From a virus, in the IMG/VR virus record IMGVR_UViG_3300022689_000178, positions 1 to 64,000 of that record: 64,000 bases of DNA. One strand, given 5' to 3'. Made by a program: the position numbers and the translations under genes. The notes beneath the pieces were generated by a model that was not told where the DNA came from, searched no databases, and saw only the letters and a program-made list of their open reading frames with translations. This document shows, piece by piece, positions 19,675-28,474 of this stretch (its first letter is position 1; each line of letters opens with the position of its first letter).

Positions 19675-19742
19675 TGCTAACGTAATTTGCTTTATTTCTG
19701 TTTTTGATGTATGAAAAAATTAAATTAAAGCAAATGATATGA
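19675..19742. repeat. attC-like site 5 (core mutated GTT>GAT)
   Basis: TGCTAAC-GTA-ATTTGCTTTA...TAAAGCAAAT-GATATGA. Confidence 0.7.
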
Positions 19743-19793
19743 GTATTTTTATTTATTTCATTTGCAAGTTTTAAAAATAAATAAATTTCGTAA

Positions 19794-20339
19794 ATGGATA
19801 TACCGGAAAAAATAAAGGCATCCGATTTTCAAGAAATGATTAGTAAGGGAATCATTAATGTAGATGGCAAAAGAATAACACAAACTAAATTATTGCCCGA
19901 ATATGAAAAGTATATTGAAAAAGAAAATCAATGTAAACAATCAGAAACAAATAAATACTTATTGATTGAATTTGAGGTATATCTTGAAAAAAAATATGAA
20001 TGGAAAAAAAAGAAAGGACAAACAGTTGAAGTATTATTTAACGTCTTAGGTAATACAAAAAGAAAATTTAGAGCAGATTATTACATTCCAGAAATAAAAA
20101 CAATTATTGAAATAAATGGTGGAGAATTTGGTTACCCGGTTGTATGTAATAATTGCGGAAATCATGTTAAAAATAAAAAAGGGAAACAAGTATTTTCTCA
20201 AGGTGGACGGCATACCAGAGGTGGCGGAGGCTATGAGAATGATTTATATAAAATGAATTTGTCTCAAAAAATGAATTTAAAGTATTATCAATTTACATAT
20301 AAGCAATTAAAACAACGAATTTATAAAAAATTTATATAA
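19794..20339 (+). CDS. PD-(D/E)XK endonuclease, DUF559/Vsr-like fold, with a CxxC insert
   Basis: RKFRADYY..KTIIEINGG...GGRHTRG..YENDLYKMN. Confidence 0.75.
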   Translation: MDIPEKIKASDFQEMISKGIINVDGKRITQTKLLPEYEKYIEKENQCKQSETNKYLLIEFEVYLEKKYEWKKKKGQTVEVLFNVLGNTKRKFRADYYIPEIKTIIEINGGEFGYPVVCNNCGNHVKNKKGKQVFSQGGRHTRGGGGYENDLYKMNLSQKMNLKYYQFTYKQLKQRIYKKFI

Positions 20340-20379
20340 TGATTAGTGATGAATATTTAGACAAATTTTTTAACAAGAA

Positions 20380-21138
20380 ATGGCAAGAACAATCATAACT
20401 GATCCATTTTATACGCCTAAAGGTAAGGCACGGGAATATACAGGAAAAGATAATATAGGGCTAAATGTATATAAATATTGTCCAAATGGATGTATTTATT
20501 GCTATTGTCCTTTTATGTTGTGTAAAAAACCTATTGAATTTTATAATGAGCCGGATTATACCGATAATATAATCGCACGTGTAAAATTATATGCTTATAG
20601 ATATGCCAGAAAAGAAGTATTTTTAAGTTTTATTGGCGATATTGGAATTATCGATAAAAATAATTATTTTGTGCAAATATTAGAAATATTTAAAAATCAT
20701 AATATAAGACCAAGAATTTTAACGAAATCAAATATTCATAATTTATTACCATTGTTGAAAGAATGTAATGCTATATTAGGTTGTACAATTGTTACTATAA
20801 AAGAATCAATAAGGGAAAAAAATGAGCCATTTGCATCCACAATTTCAGAAAGATTACAATTATTGAATGAAGCGAAATGTAATGGCATAAAAACATGGAT
20901 TAGCATTGAACCAATTATAGATGTTTATGAAATTTTAACAATTGTAAGATATACACAGAAATATATTGATTATTATTTTATCGGAAAAATGAATTATAAT
21001 GATATTGGAAGTAATGAAACTAAATTAAAGGAAGTTTTGCCAATGGTATATGAATTTTTATCTATGGCAAAGATATCTTTTACTTTTGGAGAAGATACGA
21101 AATTATTAATAAATAAGTGTGGATATACCAAAGTTTAA
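20380..21138 (+). CDS. radical SAM protein (SPL-like subgroup)
   Basis: LNVYKYCPNGCIYCY (CxxxCxxC), ILTKS, EP.AS...ERL, WISIEP. Confidence 0.88.
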   Translation: MARTIITDPFYTPKGKAREYTGKDNIGLNVYKYCPNGCIYCYCPFMLCKKPIEFYNEPDYTDNIIARVKLYAYRYARKEVFLSFIGDIGIIDKNNYFVQILEIFKNHNIRPRILTKSNIHNLLPLLKECNAILGCTIVTIKESIREKNEPFASTISERLQLLNEAKCNGIKTWISIEPIIDVYEILTIVRYTQKYIDYYFIGKMNYNDIGSNETKLKEVLPMVYEFLSMAKISFTFGEDTKLLINKCGYTKV

Positions 21139-21757
21139 ATATAATGAAAAATTAATATGTGAATTGATTTTTTATAATCGTAGGAAATTTGGTTATATTA
21201 CCAAATATACAGCATTAGTAATATGGCAAATGTGCCAGAAAATTATTCAAAGGGGTGTATATTTGTATAAAAAAAATGAATACAAGCATAAAACGAAATC
21301 AATATTTACCGAAGATGATATAAAAATTGATTTATATGAGTCAGTATTTTGTAATGTATTAATAAAATTTGATAAGAATAAAGGAACTTTTAGATATTTG
21401 TTAAATAAGTCTATAAATTACAGAATACTTCGCTTAAAAGAATTAAATAGGGTAAAAAATAATATATCCGTAAAATTAAATGGACAGGATGAAACAAAAG
21501 GTAATGAAAGTATATTAAACGAAGATTATAGAGTTTTATCCGGAACTGATTTTAATAGGGATTTAATAATATTTGGTTTAAAGAATTATGGTTTTACGGA
21601 TAATGAGATTAATGTGATAAATGATATTATAGATGGGTATAAAACAAGTAAAGAAGACAATATAAATGATGATATTTGTATACGAAATAATATTAGTTAT
21701 TTTGAATACCAACAAATTAAAAAAAAATTTAAAAAAATTATACATAACTTAATTTAA
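21119..21757 (+). CDS. putative phage sigma factor (sigma70 region-2-like)
   Basis: EDDIKIDLY...IKFDKNKGTFRYLL resembles region 2; C-terminal FTDNEINVI...DICIRNNIS HTH-like. Confidence 0.55.
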   Translation: MDIPKFKYNEKLICELIFYNRRKFGYITKYTALVIWQMCQKIIQRGVYLYKKNEYKHKTKSIFTEDDIKIDLYESVFCNVLIKFDKNKGTFRYLLNKSINYRILRLKELNRVKNNISVKLNGQDETKGNESILNEDYRVLSGTDFNRDLIIFGLKNYGFTDNEINVINDIIDGYKTSKEDNINDDICIRNNISYFEYQQIKKKFKKIIHNLI

Positions 21758-21763
21758 AGAAAA

Positions 21764-22420
21764 ATGGATAAAGAATCAATACGTAAAGAATTAGAGAAAA
21801 AAATATATTTTCATAAACAGTTTAATATGGTTTCCATGAAAGCATATTCTTTAAATGGAAATTTGTCAAAAGAATATGAATATTTATGCGAAATCTATGC
21901 CGATACTGACAAGTATTATATTGGTAATTGGTATAAAGAACCAGAAATATCTGTTTTGTTTCCTAAAAAAGTTACTTATCCGGTAACTGAAATGTTTAAA
22001 TATAAAGTAAAAAAAGCAATTAAAAAAAATGATATTAATTATATAAATTTGGTGGGAATAGAATATAAACCCATGCCGGAAATAGAGGTAATTTATAAAA
22101 AATTAATTGGTCTAAAAGCAGCCGATCAAAAAGATGTACTTAGTTTATCATTTGAAAAATCAAATGAATATTTTAAGTATGTATATCGACAAAAGAATAA
22201 CATTGATTTATTATGGGTATTGAATAACTGGGAGCAAAAAATATCGTGGCGATTATTGGACGTAAATTCATTATTATTTGGACAATATTTAAAGGATTGT
22301 ATAGATAGAGAAAAAATAGATATAAGAACTAATACAATAAAACAGATGCATGTTGAACGAAATAAAATAATATTATTATTAAAAGAAAATATCCATGATA
22401 AGCAAACAGCAAATAATTAA
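21764..22420 (+). CDS. hypothetical protein
   Basis: 218-aa ORF. Confidence 0.7.
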   Translation: MDKESIRKELEKKIYFHKQFNMVSMKAYSLNGNLSKEYEYLCEIYADTDKYYIGNWYKEPEISVLFPKKVTYPVTEMFKYKVKKAIKKNDINYINLVGIEYKPMPEIEVIYKKLIGLKAADQKDVLSLSFEKSNEYFKYVYRQKNNIDLLWVLNNWEQKISWRLLDVNSLLFGQYLKDCIDREKIDIRTNTIKQMHVERNKIILLLKENIHDKQTANN

Positions 22421-22676
22421 GATTATTCCAAAATGTTTTTCATTGATTATAGTATCAATGTTATCAGCAAATAAAGATAAAGAATATTGGATTGGAACAT
22501 TAATAGCTAAAACAGATTATACTGATTTTTATCAAGTAGATGGTATTGATATTTCGGATATTGTATATAGTTCATTGAGTCATGTAGAACAGGAGGCCAG
22601 AATATTAAAATTATTGACAGAAGAGGAGTATTTAAGTGTTAAAATTTATGGTTATGTGCAATTGCAAGAGTATTAA
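22395..22676 (+). CDS. hypothetical protein
   Basis: 93-aa ORF. Confidence 0.6.
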   Translation: MISKQQIIKIIPKCFSLIIVSMLSANKDKEYWIGTLIAKTDYTDFYQVDGIDISDIVYSSLSHVEQEARILKLLTEEEYLSVKIYGYVQLQEY

Positions 22677-22920
22677 TAAATTTAAAGTTGGACAAAAAGT
22701 GATAGCTAAAAAATTAGCTTGGTCGGGAGATGGCAATCAAACACCATTTCATAAAATTGATGTTGAGGGTGAAATAACATCAATAAAAGGAATATCGGAT
22801 AAACATAATAGTATGTATAAATATGAATTTACTTGGCATAAAGGACGGATGTATACAAATGGAAATCCACATAATTCGGGTGAAATTACAGGCAAATTAA
22901 TTCCGGCAAATAATAAATAG
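22636..22920 (+). CDS. hypothetical protein (SH3/KOW-like)
   Basis: KFKVGQKV motif; the true start may be a downstream ATG. Confidence 0.6.
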   Translation: MLKFMVMCNCKSINKFKVGQKVIAKKLAWSGDGNQTPFHKIDVEGEITSIKGISDKHNSMYKYEFTWHKGRMYTNGNPHNSGEITGKLIPANNK

Positions 22921-22940
22921 TAATAAATTAATAGGGAGAA

Positions 22941-23162
22941 TTGAAAATGAGAATTAAGATTAATTTTAAAATAATTCAAGCAGGAAAAAATGAGGTGGGT
23001 TCTGTTGAATTAGATTTAAGCAATTATGCAATTACTAAAAAAGAATGGAATATGATACGTGAAGATCAAAAAAAGAAATTACTTGAGGATTATATAGTGC
23101 TATGTTATGATACGATAGATTATGATTCAATAGATAATATCAATTATTATGAAATTAAATAA
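22941..23162 (+). CDS. hypothetical protein
   Basis: 73-aa ORF. Confidence 0.6.
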   Translation: MKMRIKINFKIIQAGKNEVGSVELDLSNYAITKKEWNMIREDQKKKLLEDYIVLCYDTIDYDSIDNINYYEIK

Positions 23163-23168
23163 AAAAAT

Positions 23169-23594
23169 ATGGATATATGTATTGATTTTGATGGAACATG
23201 TGTATCACATGAATTTCCAAAAGTAGGTAAGGATATTGGAGCAGTTCCGGTATTGAAAAAATTACTTAAAAATGGACATAGATTAATTCTATATACCATG
23301 CGAAGTAATATTAGTAAAGTTAAGACAATAGATAATAATATTTGTGATAAGCCAGATAATTATTTAACTGATGCTGTAATGTGGTTTTGTGAAAATAAAA
23401 TTGAATTGTATGGAATAAATAAAAATCCTACTCAACATGGATGGACTAATAGCCCAAAGGTATATGGGCAATTATATATTGATGATTCAGGGTTAGGTAT
23501 TCCATTAACATATAATTCTGAAATTTCATTAAAACCGTATGTTAATTGGAAAATTGTTGAAAAAATGCTAATAAATAAAGGTTTAATAAAATAA
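23169..23594 (+). CDS. HAD-superfamily phosphatase (BT0820-like)
   Basis: IDFDGT, LILYTMR, KVYGQLYIDD. Confidence 0.88.
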   Translation: MDICIDFDGTCVSHEFPKVGKDIGAVPVLKKLLKNGHRLILYTMRSNISKVKTIDNNICDKPDNYLTDAVMWFCENKIELYGINKNPTQHGWTNSPKVYGQLYIDDSGLGIPLTYNSEISLKPYVNWKIVEKMLINKGLIK

Positions 23595-23603
23595 TATTAA
23601 TTT

Positions 23604-24365
23604 GTGAAAGATAAAAGAAATAAATTAGATAAATTTTATACTCCTAAAATAGTAGCTAAAAAATGTATTGATTTGACTTATGCAATATTTAATAATTTTT
23701 CTGAAATTATTGAACCATCGGCAGGGAATGGAAGTTTTAGTTTACAAATAAAAGATTGTATAGCTTATGATATTGATCCAGATCATGAAACAATTATAAA
23801 GCAGGATTTTTTAAAATTAAATTTATTATATAAAAAGGATAGGCTTGTAATTGGAAATCCTCCATTTGGAGAAAGAAGTAATTTAACACGAACGTTTTAT
23901 AAAAAATGTATTCATATATGCGATTATATTGGTTTTATATTATCTATTGGATTTTTAAATAATATAGATAGTTTATATGAATTTGATTTAATTAAAAGTA
24001 TTGATTTGGGTATTTTGAGTTATTCAAATATAAAAGTTCATTGTTGTTTTAATTTATATAAAAGGCCAAAACAATTAAATAGAAAACCTGTTTATGACAA
24101 AAAAGTTATTATATATGATGAAAGGCAAAAAAATTATGCGAATGTAAATTATGATTTTGCTATTTATAGGCGTGGTAGTAGTGTTGGTAAATTAAGAAAT
24201 AAAAATTTACATACACAAACTTATAAAATTTATGTCAAAAATCGTTCGGAAGTGGAAAATATTAAAAATAAAATTTTATCTACTGATTGGTTAAATTATA
24301 GGCTTTTCCCTTCTATTCCTTATATTACAAAAAATGATATATATAAAATGTTAAATAAAAATTAA
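23604..24365 (+). CDS. gamma-class DNA amino-methyltransferase
   Basis: DKFYTP, IEPSAGNGSF, IGNPPFG. Confidence 0.9.
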   Translation: MKDKRNKLDKFYTPKIVAKKCIDLTYAIFNNFSEIIEPSAGNGSFSLQIKDCIAYDIDPDHETIIKQDFLKLNLLYKKDRLVIGNPPFGERSNLTRTFYKKCIHICDYIGFILSIGFLNNIDSLYEFDLIKSIDLGILSYSNIKVHCCFNLYKRPKQLNRKPVYDKKVIIYDERQKNYANVNYDFAIYRRGSSVGKLRNKNLHTQTYKIYVKNRSEVENIKNKILSTDWLNYRLFPSIPYITKNDIYKMLNKN

Positions 24366-24809
24366 ATGAAAATTATGAAAAACTTATTTAAAAGAAAAAG
24401 AACGTGTGAAAGCTTAGACAGAAAGCATAAAGCATATTTTATTAATATGGCATTGCAAAATATGGGATTAATGGAACGTATGGATTCTGTATTTAGGAAT
24501 TTAGATAAAATGGCCGGACAGTTTAGAAAAAATAATATGAGCCGGGATAAATTACAAAAAGTATTAATAGAGTATGTAAAAAAAATCGATCCTATATTAA
24601 ATGAATTTGATGCAATTAAAAAAGAAACTCCTAATTTATTGTTAATTACTCTTAGCTTAATGGATTCAAAATTCATTAAAAATAATGTAGTACATGAAAA
24701 TCCTAAAACGGATAGACAGAATTATGAAAATTTTGAAGCAATAAGAAATTTTGCCTTACAATATGTAGAAGAAAATATGCCTAAAACTCTAAAATTGAAA
24801 AAAGTTTAA
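24366..24809 (+). CDS. hypothetical protein
   Basis: 147-aa ORF. Confidence 0.7.
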   Translation: MKIMKNLFKRKRTCESLDRKHKAYFINMALQNMGLMERMDSVFRNLDKMAGQFRKNNMSRDKLQKVLIEYVKKIDPILNEFDAIKKETPNLLLITLSLMDSKFIKNNVVHENPKTDRQNYENFEAIRNFALQYVEENMPKTLKLKKV

Positions 24810-24896
24810 AATTGATCAAATCAAATTAAGTATATATATTTTTCCGATCAATCGGTATTTTATGTATAGTTTATATTAAAGCAGATTTTATAATAT

Positions 24897-25040
24897 TTTT
24901 TTGTACAAAGAATTATACAAATATAGAATCAAAGAGTATTTTCCATAACATTATTTTTTTTATTTTCGTTAAATGTAATGTAATTAGGCTTTTAATCAAT
25001 ATGTCTTTGATCAATATTTGATTTTTCTTTGTACAAAAAA
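24897..25040. repeat. long imperfect inverted repeat (candidate ncRNA or packaging-related site)
   Basis: TTTTTTGTACAAAGAA 24897-24912 pairs with 25025-25040; inner stems CAAATAT/ATATTTG and ATCAAAGA/TCTTTGAT. Confidence 0.7.
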
Positions 25041-25136
25041 GTATGGTATATGTTTGTAAGTTAGAATTTTATAAATTTAATTTGGTGATAATTTTGGGCA
25101 ATAATGGATATGTGGTTTAACTAAAAGTTATTAAAA

Positions 25137-25793
25137 ATGTCAAGATGTAAAGAAGAGGCAAAACAATATGCAAAGGAGTTGTATATGACATTAGATGAGT
25201 ATGGAAATCCCGCATATACGCAAACAGATATAATAAAACGTGTACAAAAAAAGTTCGGTAGAAAGAAAGGAATTACACGAGGAACATTGGTAGGATTGAT
25301 CAGGAGTGAGGACTGGCAATTGAAATTAAATAATTTACGGGCTGCCATTCAATTAAAAGGTTTTGCTTCTTTTGAAAAGATTGTAGATAGTGATGGTTGC
25401 GAGATAGATGACGCTTTATTATTATCAAAATTAGATTCTGAATTAAAGGTAGCAAATGGAGAAAGTTTTAATGAGATTGTAAAAGAGATTATACAAAATA
25501 GGAGTAATTTAGTTGTTAATGCCGGTATGATAGCTACTGAAATGAGTCATGTGGGAATGATTATAATACGTGTTCAGTTAGTCCGGTTTTTACAAGAATT
25601 ACAAAAAAAACCTATTGAGGAGGTTGATCCAAATAAATTCTTTAAAATACCGGATGCAATTAATATGATTGGTCAGTTGAATAATTTTGTAACTAAAATT
25701 AATCAAATTAATGTAAATCAAACTAATTTGCAAATATTACCATCCGAGCAAAGAGAACAATTATTGGATATGATTAAAGGATTTGATATATGA
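25137..25793 (+). CDS. putative terminase small subunit
   Basis: N-terminal HTH-like region (AKELY...TQTDII...TRGTL...EDW) with helical C-terminus, upstream of TerL. Confidence 0.6.
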   Translation: MSRCKEEAKQYAKELYMTLDEYGNPAYTQTDIIKRVQKKFGRKKGITRGTLVGLIRSEDWQLKLNNLRAAIQLKGFASFEKIVDSDGCEIDDALLLSKLDSELKVANGESFNEIVKEIIQNRSNLVVNAGMIATEMSHVGMIIIRVQLVRFLQELQKKPIEEVDPNKFFKIPDAINMIGQLNNFVTKINQINVNQTNLQILPSEQREQLLDMIKGFDI

Positions 25794-26128
25794 TAGATAA
25801 AGACAGCATATTAACACAAATAGCAAATGATATTCATAAAAAACAAATTGAAAAAGGATTTTGGGACGAACCAAAAACATTTGAATTTTTAATAATGTGT
25901 TGTATTATAGAATTGTCTAAATTATCAGAATCGCATTATGAACAAAAATATGTAAATGATTTTAGCAATAAAAAAGATGAATATAAAAACCAAGAATGGT
26001 TCAAAGAAAAAATAAAAAATAGTTTTGAAAGCAGGATAGCTAAATTGTTTATAAGGTTATTTGACATTTGTGGTTTTTTAGGAATAGATATAGATTTTTA
26101 TATTGAGTTGGAAATATTTAAAAAATGA
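25790..26128 (+). CDS. MazG-like NTP pyrophosphohydrolase, degenerate active site
   Basis: IH....EKGFWD, ELSKLSE, SRIAKLFIRLFD (canonical ELSEALE / ELAD..IR..D). Confidence 0.6.
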   Translation: MIDKDSILTQIANDIHKKQIEKGFWDEPKTFEFLIMCCIIELSKLSESHYEQKYVNDFSNKKDEYKNQEWFKEKIKNSFESRIAKLFIRLFDICGFLGIDIDFYIELEIFKK

Positions 26129-26310
26129 TATTAAGAAAAAATTGGAAATAAACGAAAATTGATGCTTATTCGGAGTTTAATAACCCTGTTATAATTGAAG
26201 AAGTAAAAAAAGGGAAAGATTAAATGTAATTATTGTAGAAGAACGGGTAAACATCAAAAATCGTAGAGTAGAAATATTAATTAGAAATTATAATAATAAA
26301 TTAACTTTAT

Positions 26311-28386
26311 TTGATCAAAAATTTAATGGAAATAAATAAATCAAATATATCACAAATAAAAGATGTTGAATTATTAAGATTATTAAAGGGTGAGGTTTCT
26401 AAAAGTTTATATGTGTTTGTACAATTTGTTTTCCGGATATTACTTCCAAATGAGAAATTTCAAACAAACTGGCATATAAAATATATTTGTGATATTTTGC
26501 AAAAAGAAACTGAGCGAATTGTACAGCAAAAACCAAAAGATAAAAATATACTTATTAATGTGCCCCCACGTAGTTTGAAATCAATTATATGTAATGTAGC
26601 ATGGCCAGCATGGAGTTGGATAAAATCACCTTCGTTAAAATGGATTAGCTCATCTTGCCGTAAAGATTTATCCTTAAAAATGAATGTAGATTGTAGAAAA
26701 GTAATAGAAAGTACATTATATAGAACATTGTTTCCGGATTTAATGATTGCACACGGCCAAAACCAAAAATCAAGATTTGAAAATTTATATGGAGGCAGTA
26801 AATTAGCATGTTCAACGGAATCCGGTGTTGTAGGTGAAGGTGCTGATATTATAATTTTTGATGATCCATTAGAACCAAAAAAACGAAGATCAGATTTGGA
26901 ACGTGAAAAAGCAATTGAACATGTAAAGCAATTGTCAACACGTTTAAATGATTCAAAAGTTGGATTAATAGCCGGTATAATGCAGCGATTACATGAAACT
27001 GACCCATCCGGTTATTTGTTGAAAAATAAAAGTGATTCATGGTTTCATATATGTATACCGGCTGTTCTGACAAGTAAAGTAAAGCCTAAAGAATTAGAAA
27101 AAAAATATATAGATAAATTATTTTTTCCGGATAGGTTTCCGGAGCTTGTATTGAAAGAAAAGGAATATGATTTGGGAGTGGTAGATTATGAAGGACAATT
27201 TTTGCAAAACCCATCTCCGGTTGCTGGTAATATAATAAAACGTGAATGGTTTCCTTTTATATCGTATGAGAAATTCACTGTATTATTAAAAAAAGCAAAA
27301 AATGCACAAAAGATATATATTACTGATAGTGCTTTAACAGAAGAAAAAGAAAATGATGCAACTGGAACAATAGGAGGAGTATTAATAAATGGATATTGTT
27401 ATATATTTTGTGCCGAAAAAGTTAGATTAGAATTTCCTGAATTAATAGAATACATTCCGCTTTTTCTTGAAAGAAATGAATATGATTATAAAAGTATTTT
27501 ACAAATAGAACCTAAAGTAAATGGCCATTCTATTGTCCAACAATTAAAAAAAGATACAACTATTAATGTAATGAAGTTAAAAGCTCCTACCGATTCAAAA
27601 GAAGAACGGTTGCAAACAAGGAGTTATGTGATTAAAACAGGGCGAGTTATTATAGTAACGGGCGTGTGGAATGAAGAATTTATAGATGATATTGTAGGTT
27701 TCCCATATAGGGATGATAAAGAATTTGTAGATTGTTTATGTTATTTAATAGATGCTTGTTTTGATGAATCATTGAAAAAAATATTTACGTATGATACATT
27801 AATTATATCATTATTTGGAATGGATAATGATATATTTTATAATATTATAAAAGATTGTCCGAGATGGGATAGTTTTGAGTATATCATAATGTCAATTTAT
27901 GAAGGTTATGATGGTTCAGATTATAATATTATATCTGTATTTGGAATTGATAAAGATAATACGTTTTATTTAATAGCATTTAAACGTATTAAATGTAATC
28001 CATTAGAATTTTCAAAAAGAATTATGGCATTATATACCAATTTTCAACCAAATTATGTAATTACATTAAATAACAGTTTAATGCAAATACAAGATTATTT
28101 TAAAAACCAAGAAATTCGTATAATATCTGAGAAAGAAAGTAGATATAAATTATCATTAATTGAAAGTTTAGATGTAATTGCTGTTTGGTGGAAACAAGGC
28201 CGGATAAAATTACCGAATGGTAGTAAATATGCACGGGAACAAAGTGAAATTATAATGCAAGAATTTAATCAATTAAATTATATTGATATAAAAGATAAAA
28301 AACTGTTTATAAAGAAGGGTATTATAAACACATTCTGGCTTGCATTTAAAGGTTTATATATAGTTAATAATGACATACAATTTTAA
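26311..28386 (+). CDS. terL: terminase large subunit with C-terminal extension
   Basis: NWHI, INVPPRSLKS (Walker A), IIFDDP (Walker B), IMQRLHETD, YITDSA nuclease domain. Confidence 0.93.
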   Translation: MIKNLMEINKSNISQIKDVELLRLLKGEVSKSLYVFVQFVFRILLPNEKFQTNWHIKYICDILQKETERIVQQKPKDKNILINVPPRSLKSIICNVAWPAWSWIKSPSLKWISSSCRKDLSLKMNVDCRKVIESTLYRTLFPDLMIAHGQNQKSRFENLYGGSKLACSTESGVVGEGADIIIFDDPLEPKKRRSDLEREKAIEHVKQLSTRLNDSKVGLIAGIMQRLHETDPSGYLLKNKSDSWFHICIPAVLTSKVKPKELEKKYIDKLFFPDRFPELVLKEKEYDLGVVDYEGQFLQNPSPVAGNIIKREWFPFISYEKFTVLLKKAKNAQKIYITDSALTEEKENDATGTIGGVLINGYCYIFCAEKVRLEFPELIEYIPLFLERNEYDYKSILQIEPKVNGHSIVQQLKKDTTINVMKLKAPTDSKEERLQTRSYVIKTGRVIIVTGVWNEEFIDDIVGFPYRDDKEFVDCLCYLIDACFDESLKKIFTYDTLIISLFGMDNDIFYNIIKDCPRWDSFEYIIMSIYEGYDGSDYNIISVFGIDKDNTFYLIAFKRIKCNPLEFSKRIMALYTNFQPNYVITLNNSLMQIQDYFKNQEIRIISEKESRYKLSLIESLDVIAVWWKQGRIKLPNGSKYAREQSEIIMQEFNQLNYIDIKDKKLFIKKGIINTFWLAFKGLYIVNNDIQF

Positions 28387-28387
28387 A

Positions 28388-28406
28388 CAGTAATATTTTT
28401 TATAAA
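28388..28406 (+). promoter_or_regulatory. putative late promoter CAGTAATATT followed by an AT-rich TAAA block
   Basis: The same 10-mer occurs upstream of eight late/structural units (28388, 37444, 38970, 44975, 47507, 51609, 52644, 55881), with a variant at 49890. Confidence 0.7.
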
Positions 28407-28474
28407 TTTGTAGCGATTAGATAAAAAAACAAATTAAATCCAATGAAAAAAAAAAGAATATACTAAAACGATTT

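Larger units (their letters stand above)
16995..19758 (+). mobile_element. integron-like gene-cassette array (attC-like hairpin sites, no integrase in window)
   Basis: Five hairpin sites separate the ORFs; each unit starts GTTA.. and ends with the complementary ..TAAC; no CCGG in the block. Confidence 0.8.

Noticed and set aside
16995-19758. CRISPR array or simple terminators as the explanation for the repeated hairpins
   Set aside because: The sites are not identical repeats and are separated by whole genes. They lack U-tails, and complementarity extends across each gene's two ends.
19794-24365. Complete restriction-modification system
   Set aside because: The nuclease resembles a common stand-alone phage family and is not paired with a specific methyltransferase.
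26311-28386. Intein in the long terminase
   Set aside because: No C/S...HN splice junctions or LAGLIDADG motifs; the extra length is C-terminal.
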